From an uncultured Christensenella sp. (lineage in GTDB: Bacteria > Bacillota > Clostridia > Christensenellales > Borkfalkiaceae), in NCBI GenBank assembly GCA_964567885.1, contig CAZMOD010000001.1:13900-77899 (forward strand): DNA of 64,000 nt, in the 5' to 3' direction. Positions 56,586 to 64,000 of the stretch are shown piece by piece. Under the pieces are notes generated by a model. It did not search any database. It saw only the letters and a list, made by a program, of their open reading frames with translations, and was not told the DNA's origin. The position numbers and the translations under genes were made by a program. Within the stretch, counting starts at the first letter, position 1. Each line of letters begins with the position of its first letter.

Positions 56586-57662
56586 ATATTTTTGCGTTAT
56601 TGATTTTATATCGTCTAATTTATCGTAAATTTTTTGGCATAAAGCAATTTGATTGTTCGCTCTTACCAAATTATGCTTTTCGTACGAACATTTAAAATAC
56701 AAATCACCATCCAAATAATCTTTTAAAAAACGCGTTGCAAGTTCAAACGTTACCGAAAGCGGCGCCATATACAAAGTTTCCCCCTCGTTTTCGGTTAAAT
56801 ATACCCCCGTTTGAGATAAAAAACCTTTGGTAAAAGCCTCGTATCTCGTTAAATCGAAATCAACCTTGTTTAAATCTGTTTCGTCCTCTTTAGCGGTTGC
56901 TGCTATCGAGCGTGCTCCGTCGCCGAAGTCGTATGCGACTATCCCCGGCATTACGGTGTCCAAATCGATTACTGCTAAACCTTTTTTCTCGTCCTTGCTA
57001 AAAAGAACGTTGCTGATTTTTACGTCGTTATGGGTAACCCTTAAAGGAAGTTGCTTTAAATCTATCAAGTCGCCGTAATAATCGGCGATTTTTTTTATTG
57101 ATTTTAAATATTTTAATTGCTTAAAAACTTCCCTTTTCCTACCGCGTACGTTATTTTTTACGCTTACAATTAAATCTTCGTAACGCTTTTTACCGTTATG
57201 AAAATCTTTAATCGTAAAACTTAAATTTTTAGGATCGAAATCGGTTAAAGATCTTTGAAATTCGCCAAACGCCTTCCCCGCTTCCTCTACTAAACCGTCT
57301 TCGGCACAATCAAAACACAAAGAATCGTCTATAAATTTATAAACGCGCCAAAACGCTTTATTTTCGTCTATATAATAGGAAAGTCCGTTTTTGCTAGGCA
57401 AAAAATGTAACGTAAGACGCTTTCCGTTTAAAAAAGACACTTTTCTTCTTATATGATTAGTTACCGAAACTACGTTTTTCATAACGACGGCAGGATCTTT
57501 AAAGACGTAAGAATTTATTCTTTGCAAAACGTACTTATTGATTTTACCGTAATCGTCGTAATAAACGAGAAACGTTTGATTTACGTTGCCCGACTTTAAA
57601 AGTTCGTATCCGTAAAATTTGCCTTCCAAATTAAAATTTTCGCATATCAAGGCTATATCCAT
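56574..57662 (-). CDS. APH-fold sugar kinase, N-acetylhexosamine 1-kinase (NahK)-like
   Basis: Brenner and Mg motifs HNDVKISNVLF and VIDLDTV. N-terminus ICENFNLEGKF...GNVNQTFLV parallels NahK. ATG 57662 is preferred over the tracked 57722. The 3' end overlaps hflX by 12 nt. Confidence 0.7.
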   Translation of the reverse strand: MDIALICENFNLEGKFYGYELLKSGNVNQTFLVYYDDYGKINKYVLQRINSYVFKDPAVVMKNVVSVTNHIRRKVSFLNGKRLTLHFLPSKNGLSYYIDENKAFWRVYKFIDDSLCFDCAEDGLVEEAGKAFGEFQRSLTDFDPKNLSFTIKDFHNGKKRYEDLIVSVKNNVRGRKREVFKQLKYLKSIKKIADYYGDLIDLKQLPLRVTHNDVKISNVLFSKDEKKGLAVIDLDTVMPGIVAYDFGDGARSIAATAKEDETDLNKVDFDLTRYEAFTKGFLSQTGVYLTENEGETLYMAPLSVTFELATRFLKDYLDGDLYFKCSYEKHNLVRANNQIALCQKIYDKLDDIKSITQKYLYT

Positions 57663-57720
57663 ACTACACCGAAACACTTTATATAATATGGAATACACTC
57701 TAAATTTGACAAAAATTAGC

Positions 57721-57759
57721 ATAAAAAACGCCGCGCGACCTAAAAAGCCGAGCAGCGTT
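57721..57759 (-). terminator. Terminator after dnaJ
   Basis: Minus strand reads AACGCTGCTCGGC ttttta GGTCGCGCGGCGTT (one mismatch, two G-U pairs) followed by TTTTTTAT. Confidence 0.6.
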
Positions 57760-57772
57760 TATAATTTTATAG

Positions 57773-58903
57773 TTATTTATCGGAATACGGATTTACGCCG
57801 TATAACGATTGAACGTTGGTTTTGTATTCGTTTGCCTTAGACGTTTGTTTTATATCGACTTGACTGTCGAAGTCGGAAATTTGAGTTTTTTGAGCCCTCG
57901 ATAATTTAGTCGGCACTTCAACGAAAACTTTTACGTAGAGATTGCCTATACCGTATCTTGAAACGATACCTTTGCCGCGTATCATAAACTCCTTACCGCT
58001 TTGAGTGCCTTCAGGGATAGAAAGTTCGTACGTCTTATCCAAAGTCGGCACTTGAACTTTTCCGCCCAAGCAAGCGGTTTTATAGGAAATAGGTAAATCA
58101 ACGAATAAATCGAAGCCTTTTCGCTTAAACAATTTATGTTCTAAGACCTTGAACTCGACTATCAAATCGCCTGCCGATCCACCGTTTGGAGAAGCGTTTC
58201 CGTAGCCGCGTTTCGTGATGTAACTTCCGTTATCGGCGCCGGCGGGAACGTCGATAGTTAAATTAGTGGTGGACGATTTGTAGCCTTTACCGCCACAGTC
58301 GGGACATTTTTCGATAATAATTTTACCTACACCGCCGCATTTAGGGCATGTAACGATTCTAACCGTCTTAAAAAAGCCACCGCCGACCGCTTGTTGAATT
58401 TGTCCCGCGCCTTTACAAGTGTCGCAAGTGGTATACTTGGTTCCGTCTTTCGCACCAGTTCCTTTACAAGACGCACAAGTTTCGTTTCTTTTATAACTAA
58501 TATCCTTAGTGCAACCTTTTGCCGCATCCATAAAGGATAAAGTTACGGTTACGCCGATATTGCTACCCGTGCGTTTTTGCGATCCCGTAGAAGCGCCGCC
58601 ACCGGTAAACTGACTGAAAATATCGCCGAAAATATCCGAAAACCCTGAAAAACCACCCGAAAATCCGCCACCGCCAGCCGACGCGTACGGATTTTCCAAT
58701 TCGTAATCGTATTGCGCGCGTTTTTGAGGATCGGACAAAATCTCGTTGGCTTCGTTAATTTCCTTAAACTTAGCGGCAACCGTTTCGTCGTTTGGGTGAA
58801 GGTCGGGGTGGTACTGTTTTACGAGTTTTCTATATTGAGATTTTATTTCGTCCTGCGTAGCCTTTTTGTCTACGCCGAGGATTTCATAATAATTTTTTGC
58901 CAT
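57773..58903 (-). CDS. dnaJ: Molecular chaperone DnaJ
   Basis: 376 aa. J domain (YYEILGV...HPD), G/F region, four CxxCxGxG repeats. Confidence 0.97.
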   Translation of the reverse strand: MAKNYYEILGVDKKATQDEIKSQYRKLVKQYHPDLHPNDETVAAKFKEINEANEILSDPQKRAQYDYELENPYASAGGGGFSGGFSGFSDIFGDIFSQFTGGGASTGSQKRTGSNIGVTVTLSFMDAAKGCTKDISYKRNETCASCKGTGAKDGTKYTTCDTCKGAGQIQQAVGGGFFKTVRIVTCPKCGGVGKIIIEKCPDCGGKGYKSSTTNLTIDVPAGADNGSYITKRGYGNASPNGGSAGDLIVEFKVLEHKLFKRKGFDLFVDLPISYKTACLGGKVQVPTLDKTYELSIPEGTQSGKEFMIRGKGIVSRYGIGNLYVKVFVEVPTKLSRAQKTQISDFDSQVDIKQTSKANEYKTNVQSLYGVNPYSDK

Positions 58904-58964
58904 AATAATACCTTATTCGGTGGACGAAAATCGCCCACCGAAATTATTTTTATATAAAGTCTAA

Positions 58965-60764
58965 TTAGGATTGATGGAATTCCGTATCGCCATCGCCTTG
59001 AGCCTCAGGGCCTTGACCGTTTTGCGCGGCTGCTTGTTGGTAAATCTTAGCGAAAACGCCTTGCGCTTCTTGCGAAAGTTTTTCGTTTGCCGCTTTGATT
59101 CTATCCGCGTCGTCGCTTGCAAGTTCTTCTTTAGCGGACTTAATTGCATCTTCGAGTTTAGTTTTATCTTCTTCGGAAACCTTATCTCCGTTTTCGCGCA
59201 ACGTCTTTTCAATGGTAAAAATCAATCCGTCGAGTTGGTTTTTGTTGTCAACCGCTTCTTTACGCTTCTTGTCTTCGGCTTCGTATTGTTCGGCTTCCTT
59301 TACCGCGCGGTCGATGTCTTCGTCGGAAAGGTTGGTGGAAGACGTAATTGTTATGTCGGTAGACTTATTGGTCCCTAAATCCTTTGCGGAAACGTGAACG
59401 ATGCCGTTCGCGTCGATATCGAAGGTAACTTCGATTTGAGGTACGCCTCTGGGGGCAGGCATAATGCCGGTTAAGTCGAATCTACCTAAAGTCTTATTAT
59501 CTTTAGCAAATTGTCTTTCGCCTTGAAGAACGTGAATATTAACTTCCGGTTGATTGTCTACCGCGGTAGAGAAAACTTGAGATTTCTTTACGGGGATAGT
59601 GGTATTGCGGTCGATAAGTTTAGTAAATACGCCGCCTAAAGTTTCTATACCCAAGGATAACGGAGTTACGTCGAGTAAAAGTACGTCTTTAACTTCACCG
59701 GATAAAACGCCGCCTTGGATAGCCGCGCCGATTGCAACGCATTCGTCGGGGTTGATGCCTTTGAAAGGTTCTTTACCGGTTACTCTTCTTACGGTATCGA
59801 CAACCGCGGGAATACGGGTGGAACCACCGACTAATATAACCTTTTCAAGGTCGCTATAACTTAATCCCGCGTCCTTCATAGCCTTATTCATAGGTTCGAT
59901 AGTCGCTTGAACCAAATCCAAAGTCAACGCGTCGAATTTTTGTCTAGTTAAAGTTTCGTCTAAGTGCTTAGCGTCGCTACCAACCGCGGTAATGAACGGA
60001 ATATTTATATTGGTGGAAGTAAGGGTGGAAAGTTCTATCTTAGCCTTTTCCGCCGCTTCTTTCAATCTTTGCATGGCAAGTTTATCGGTAGAAAGGTCGA
60101 TACCCTCTTTTGCTTTAAATTGTTGAACCAAATAGTCGATAATCTTCTTATCGAAGTCGTCGCCGCCGAGCATACAGTTACCGTTGGTTGCCAAAACTTC
60201 GAATACGCCGTCGCCGATATCCATAATGGAAACGTCGAAAGTACCACCGCCAAGGTCGTAAATGATTACCTTATGAGAGGTTTTATCTTTATCGAGCCCG
60301 TACGCCAAAGCAGCGGCAGTAGGTTCGTTTATAACGCGCAATACGTTAAGACCCGCTATTTTACCCGCGTCTTTAGTCGCTTGACGTTGACTGTCGGTAA
60401 AGTATGCGGGGCAAGTGATTACCGCGTCTTTAACCGTTTCGCCCAAATACGCTTCCGCATCCTTTTTAAGTTTGCTTAAAATCATCGCGGAAATTTCTTG
60501 AGGACTGTATTTTTTATCGTCTACGGAAACCTTAAAGTCGGAACCCATGTGACGCTTGATGGAAATAACCGTTCTGTCGGGGTTTGCAACCGCTTGACGC
60601 TTTGCAATTTGACCTACCAATCTTTGACCGTCCTTTTGAAAACCGACGACGGACGGAGTCGTTCTCGAGCCTTCCGCGTTAGCGATAACGACGGGTTCGT
60701 TGCCTTCCATAACGGCAACGCAAGAGTTCGTAGTACCTAAGTCTATACCTATAACTTTTGACAT
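58965..60764 (-). CDS. dnaK: Molecular chaperone DnaK (Hsp70)
   Basis: 599 aa with [26 protein letters not shown]. Confidence 0.98.
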   Translation of the reverse strand: MSKVIGIDLGTTNSCVAVMEGNEPVVIANAEGSRTTPSVVGFQKDGQRLVGQIAKRQAVANPDRTVISIKRHMGSDFKVSVDDKKYSPQEISAMILSKLKKDAEAYLGETVKDAVITCPAYFTDSQRQATKDAGKIAGLNVLRVINEPTAAALAYGLDKDKTSHKVIIYDLGGGTFDVSIMDIGDGVFEVLATNGNCMLGGDDFDKKIIDYLVQQFKAKEGIDLSTDKLAMQRLKEAAEKAKIELSTLTSTNINIPFITAVGSDAKHLDETLTRQKFDALTLDLVQATIEPMNKAMKDAGLSYSDLEKVILVGGSTRIPAVVDTVRRVTGKEPFKGINPDECVAIGAAIQGGVLSGEVKDVLLLDVTPLSLGIETLGGVFTKLIDRNTTIPVKKSQVFSTAVDNQPEVNIHVLQGERQFAKDNKTLGRFDLTGIMPAPRGVPQIEVTFDIDANGIVHVSAKDLGTNKSTDITITSSTNLSDEDIDRAVKEAEQYEAEDKKRKEAVDNKNQLDGLIFTIEKTLRENGDKVSEEDKTKLEDAIKSAKEELASDDADRIKAANEKLSQEAQGVFAKIYQQAAAQNGQGPEAQGDGDTEFHQS

Positions 60765-60807
60765 AATATATATCTCCTTAAAAATTTTTTAATTTATTTA
60801 TATTCGG

Positions 60808-61440
60808 TTAATCGTTTTCAGTAACGACTACCTGACAATATCTTATTATTTTGTCGGCTAATTTATAGCCTTTTTTGAATACCGTTTTTACAACGTTGCC
60901 TTCTTCTCCGCATTGTTTTGGAACGGTGTGTATAGCCTCGCAAACGGTCGGATCGAAAACTTCACCCAAAGGATTAATTTCTGTAACGCCAAGTGATGAA
61001 AGAGTGTCCGTAAACTGCCTTGCGATAAGCGTTACGCCTTCGCGTGTTTTTTCGTCCATTTCCATCGAAAGCGCCCTTTCGATACTGTCTCCTACAACTA
61101 AAAACTTGAGTAAAATTTCTTTTTGACCGTCGTAATAAGCGTTTTTCCTCGTATCTTGATTGCGTTTTTTAAAGTTTTCAAACTCAGCGACGGCGCGATA
61201 CCATTTGTCTTTATTGTCTAACGCTTCGGATTTAGATTTTTCAAGTTCTAACTTGGTTGCGTTAAGTTCTCTAATTATCGCTTCGTTTGATTCCAAGACC
61301 GATTTTAAGAGGTTTTTCGCGTCTTTTTCGGACAAAGCGTCGACGTCGATTTTGACTTCTTCTTCTTCGGCTTCCGTATGTTCGTTTAAAACCTCGTTAT
61401 TTTCGAGTTCTTCGTTTAAATTTTTGTTCTTATCTTCCAT
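60808..61440 (-). CDS. grpE: Nucleotide exchange factor GrpE
   Basis: 210 aa. Acidic N-terminus, AEFENFKKR motif, C-terminal beta domain. Confidence 0.95.
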   Translation of the reverse strand: MEDKNKNLNEELENNEVLNEHTEAEEEEVKIDVDALSEKDAKNLLKSVLESNEAIIRELNATKLELEKSKSEALDNKDKWYRAVAEFENFKKRNQDTRKNAYYDGQKEILLKFLVVGDSIERALSMEMDEKTREGVTLIARQFTDTLSSLGVTEINPLGEVFDPTVCEAIHTVPKQCGEEGNVVKTVFKKGYKLADKIIRYCQVVVTEND

Positions 61441-61445
61441 TATTA

Positions 61446-62462
61446 CTACCTTTTAGTTAATATTGATTCTAAAAATCTGCCTACGTTTTCTAAAACGGCA
61501 ACGACTTTTTTATAATCCATCCTCGCGGGACCAATGACGCCGTAAGTGCCGATTTCAGTGCCGTTCGCGGTGTAAGTCGCGGTAACCAAAGCGCAATCTT
61601 CGGGAATTTCTTCATACCCCTCGGTACCGATTTTTACGTTTACGTTTAAACCCTTGTTACCCGATAAAAGATTGAAAACTTTATCTTTTTTGGTAACGAC
61701 GGACATAAACTCTCTAATTTTGCCGACGTCCTCGTACTCGGGGTGAACCAAAATTTTGTCTTCACCTTCCAAAACGACTTCTTCGTTAGTGGAAACGTAG
61801 CATTTTAACGCGTCGATAACTGCTAAAAATACCGATTTATATCCCGCGAATGCGTCGTCTAGAACTAACGAGTTATCGCAAACTTCTTTAAAGGATTTTC
61901 CAACGAAAAATTGTCCTAAAAGTTGATTCGCGTCCTCTAAACTGTCGTCGGGTAAGTTTTCGGGAATAGCAATTACCGTATCTTTTAAAAGTTTGTTGTC
62001 GGTAACGATTACCAAAAGCGCGCCGTCGTTTTTAAACCTAAACAGTTTTATGTTACGGATAATCTCACCCATATCGTGCGCGGTTATCGCAAGCGACGTG
62101 TAATCGGTTAGTTCGGAAATAACTTTAGCGGTATTTTTAACGATAGTTTCGACGTCGTTGGTTTTATCTAAAAACAATTTTTCGATATACTCTAAGTCGT
62201 CGGTCGTTAAATTGTCTTTAACCATAAGTTCGCTTACGTAAAGTTTGTAAGCTTCCTTCGACGGCACTCTCCCCGCCGACGTATGAGGTTGGTAAAGATA
62301 ACCTAATTCTTCTAAAGCGGCTAATTCCGACCTTACGGTTGCGGAACTTATCGTCGTTAAATATTTTTCCGTAATACTCCGCGAAGAAACCGGAGTTGCC
62401 GTTTCGATATAGTCGTCTACTACGATTTGCAGTATCTTCTTTTTTCTTTCGGTAAGTTCCAT
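61446..62462 (-). CDS. hrcA: Heat-inducible transcription repressor HrcA
   Basis: 338 aa. N-terminal wHTH (RKKKILQIVVDDYIETATPVSSRSI) and GVIGPARMDY near the C-terminus. Confidence 0.95.
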   Translation of the reverse strand: MELTERKKKILQIVVDDYIETATPVSSRSITEKYLTTISSATVRSELAALEELGYLYQPHTSAGRVPSKEAYKLYVSELMVKDNLTTDDLEYIEKLFLDKTNDVETIVKNTAKVISELTDYTSLAITAHDMGEIIRNIKLFRFKNDGALLVIVTDNKLLKDTVIAIPENLPDDSLEDANQLLGQFFVGKSFKEVCDNSLVLDDAFAGYKSVFLAVIDALKCYVSTNEEVVLEGEDKILVHPEYEDVGKIREFMSVVTKKDKVFNLLSGNKGLNVNVKIGTEGYEEIPEDCALVTATYTANGTEIGTYGVIGPARMDYKKVVAVLENVGRFLESILTKR

Positions 62463-62488
62463 TATTTAGCAAACTCCTTAAAAGAGTG

Positions 62489-62515
62489 TTAGCACTCAAA
62501 ATCCTTGACTGCTAA
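62489..62515 (-). promoter_or_regulatory. CIRCE operator (HrcA binding site)
   Basis: Minus strand reads TTAGCAGTC - N9 - GAGTGCTAA, one mismatch to the consensus TTAGCACTC-N9-GAGTGCTAA. It sits between the promoter and the hrcA RBS. Confidence 0.9.
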
Positions 62516-62526
62516 AATCTATGATA

Positions 62527-62555
62527 ATTCTACACTTATATTGCCCGATTGTCAA
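62527..62555 (-). promoter_or_regulatory. Sigma-A promoter of the hrcA-grpE-dnaK-dnaJ operon
   Basis: Minus strand reads TTGACA - 17 nt - TAGAAT, immediately upstream of CIRCE. Confidence 0.65.
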
Positions 62556-62673
62556 TAGTTTTTTACCGATTTTTGATAAAAATTTTAAATTTCTTCAAAT
62601 TATCACTAAATTTTTAAAAGAAAACTAAGAAACTATTGACGAAAATATAAATAATGTCGCGCGGAGCGACGCT

Positions 62674-62707
62674 AAAAAGAAAAACGCCCTAAATAAATAG
62701 AGCGCTT
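62674..62707 (-). terminator. Terminator after folA
   Basis: Minus strand reads AAGCGCTCTA tttatt TAGGGCGTT (two G-U pairs) followed by TTTCTTTTT. Confidence 0.55.
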
Positions 62708-62714
62708 AAAAAGA

Positions 62715-63218
62715 TTATTTAAAAATTTTCACGTCGGAATTTTGATAAAGGGTAAAACGGAAAGACAAATCACCGCTATTTTTAACTTCCGATAAATAAG
62801 ACTTTTTCCAATTGGAAAGTTTATCCAAATTTTCAAAAAACACGGTTGCCTCGCCGTTTGCGTAAACTTCGGTTACGTAAGCGTTTTTACAATACGGAAG
62901 CATCGTTTTATAAAACATTCCACCGCCGATAACGAATATATCTTCGCCGTCGTACCCACTTAATTTGTCGAAAAGAGTTTTTAAATCGTGTACGACTATG
63001 CAATCGTTCCTTTCGACACCTTCGGGCGCTAAAACTACGTTTACGCGGTTTTTAAGAGGCTTGCTTTCAGGAAAAGAAAGCAAGGTATTGTACCCCATGC
63101 AAACGACTTTATTTAAAGTGGTCGAACGGAAAAACTTCATATCCTCGGGAATAGAAAATAAAAGTCCGTTCAGTTTGCCTATCCCCCAATTTTGGTCGAC
63201 AGCAACTATTAAATTCAT
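62715..63218 (-). CDS. folA: Dihydrofolate reductase
   Basis: 167 aa. MNLIVAVDQNWGIGK and VIGGGMFY. Start overlaps the thyA stop (TAATG). Confidence 0.93.
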   Translation of the reverse strand: MNLIVAVDQNWGIGKLNGLLFSIPEDMKFFRSTTLNKVVCMGYNTLLSFPESKPLKNRVNVVLAPEGVERNDCIVVHDLKTLFDKLSGYDGEDIFVIGGGMFYKTMLPYCKNAYVTEVYANGEATVFFENLDKLSNWKKSYLSEVKNSGDLSFRFTLYQNSDVKIFK

Positions 63219-64000
63219 TAGATTGCCACCTCCAACTTATCGGTAAGCGGAGTAGATTTATAATCGACGAGTTCAAAATCTTCCACTGTAAAATCGTAAA
63301 AATCTTTTACGTCGCGTTTTATAATCAGTTTCGGCGCATCGTATTGAGTATTTTCGAACATTTTGTTTAGCACGGGGACGTGTCTATCGTAAATATGCGC
63401 GTCGGCGATTACGTGTACGAGTTCGCCTACCTCGAAACCGCAAACTTTTGCAAGCATGATAAGTAAAACGGAATATTGAACGACGTTCCAATTATTCGCA
63501 ACGACCATATCGTTGGAACGTTGGTTTAAAATACCGTTAAGTTTATTACCGCTTACGTTGAAGGTCATCGAATACGCGCACGGGTAAAGGTGCATTTCAT
63601 GCAAGTCTTCAAAATTATAAATGTTCGTCAAAATGCGGCGGGATGCGGGGTTATGTTTTAAATCGTAAATAACCCTGTCAACTTGGTCGAAATCGCCTTC
63701 TTTATAATGATGTTTAACGGATAATTGATAGCCGTAGGCTTTGCCGATGGAGCCGTTTTCGTCCGCCCAACTGTCCCAAATATGACTTTTGAGGTCATGA
63801 ACGTTGTTGGACTTTTTTTGCCAAATCCATAAAAGTTCGTCTACAGCGGACTTGAAAAAAGTCTTTCTTATAGTTAAAATAGGAAATTCTTTTTGCAAAT
63901 CGTACCTATTGACGATGCAAAACTTTTTGTAAGTATGCGCGGGCGTACCGTCCTCCCAATGCGGACGTACTTCTAAATTTTCGTCGGAAACGCCGTTTGC
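63218..64000 (-). CDS. thyA: Thymidylate synthase ThyA, 5' end beyond window
   Basis: The frame stays open through base 64000 (...RPHWEDGTPAHTYKKFCIVNRYDLQKEFPILTIRK...). The tracked TTG at 63898 is internal. ThyA motifs are present (PCAYSMTFNV, DAHIYDRH). Confidence 0.92.
   Translation of the reverse strand, partial: ANGVSDENLEVRPHWEDGTPAHTYKKFCIVNRYDLQKEFPILTIRKTFFKSAVDELLWIWQKKSNNVHDLKSHIWDSWADENGSIGKAYGYQLSVKHHYKEGDFDQVDRVIYDLKHNPASRRILTNIYNFEDLHEMHLYPCAYSMTFNVSGNKLNGILNQRSNDMVVANNWNVVQYSVLLIMLAKVCGFEVGELVHVIADAHIYDRHVPVLNKMFENTQYDAPKLIIKRDVKDFYDFTVEDFELVDYKSTPLTDKLEVAI

Noticed and set aside
58971-60740. Several long + strand ORFs (135, 100, 86, 171 and 80 aa) antisense to dnaK
   Set aside because: They lie entirely inside a highly conserved, clearly functional dnaK reading frame. 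They have low-complexity or odd composition and lack RBSs. Long antisense ORFs opposite hsp70 genes are a known compositional artefact.
62463-62497. A second, overlapping CIRCE-like element (TTAGCAAACTC...GAGTGTTAGCA) next to the hrcA RBS
   Set aside because: The arms are not properly complementary: one half-site has an extra base and there are mismatches. It is better explained as the CIRCE right half plus the RBS region.

Overview
Dense (~54 CDS, very little non-coding DNA), low-GC Gram-positive chromosome segment. It most likely comes from an endospore-forming Firmicute of the Clostridia type: it carries spoVAC-AD-AE plus a yunB-like gene, a CIRCE/HrcA-controlled hrcA-grpE-dnaK-dnaJ operon, and a Bacillus-like yicC...recG gene order. 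Content is overwhelmingly housekeeping: pheST, mutS2, a cysteine desulfurase with thiI, M29 aminopeptidase, prmA, mtaB, HIT, rpsU, pcrA, ligA, yicC, rpoZ, priA, def, fmt, rsmB, rlmN, rsgA, rpe, rpmB, asp23, DAK2/YloV, recG, YitT, rqcH, tig, clpP, clpX, asnS, rnc, smc, ftsY, murC, hflX, the dnaK operon, folA and thyA. I saw no rRNA, tRNA, CRISPR array, transposase or phage genes, and I cannot point to an obvious defence or mobile system. The non-core stretch lies between about 47.7 and 57.7 kb. (1) An HxxxDG acyltransferase is translationally coupled to a zinc-ribbon polytopic membrane protein, followed by a membrane-anchored ComEC-type metallo-beta-lactamase domain; all three appear to ride on the smc-ftsY transcript. 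(2) A 592-aa PadR DNA-binding domain is fused through a ~330-aa low-complexity linker to a 4-TM module. (3) A long-form, XerS-like tyrosine recombinase sits behind a 446-bp AT-rich spacer, about 1.1 kb upstream of a gene-strand polarity switch, which may mark a replication terminus. (4) An orphan NahK-like sugar kinase overlaps hflX tail-to-tail. Smaller observations: near-leaderless promoter geometry at pcrA and prmA, a strong terminator-like hairpin abutting the recG start codon, no T-box leaders at pheS or asnS, and an apparent ~2-fold CpG excess. All functional calls rest on my recognition of translated motifs and gene order. No database search was run.
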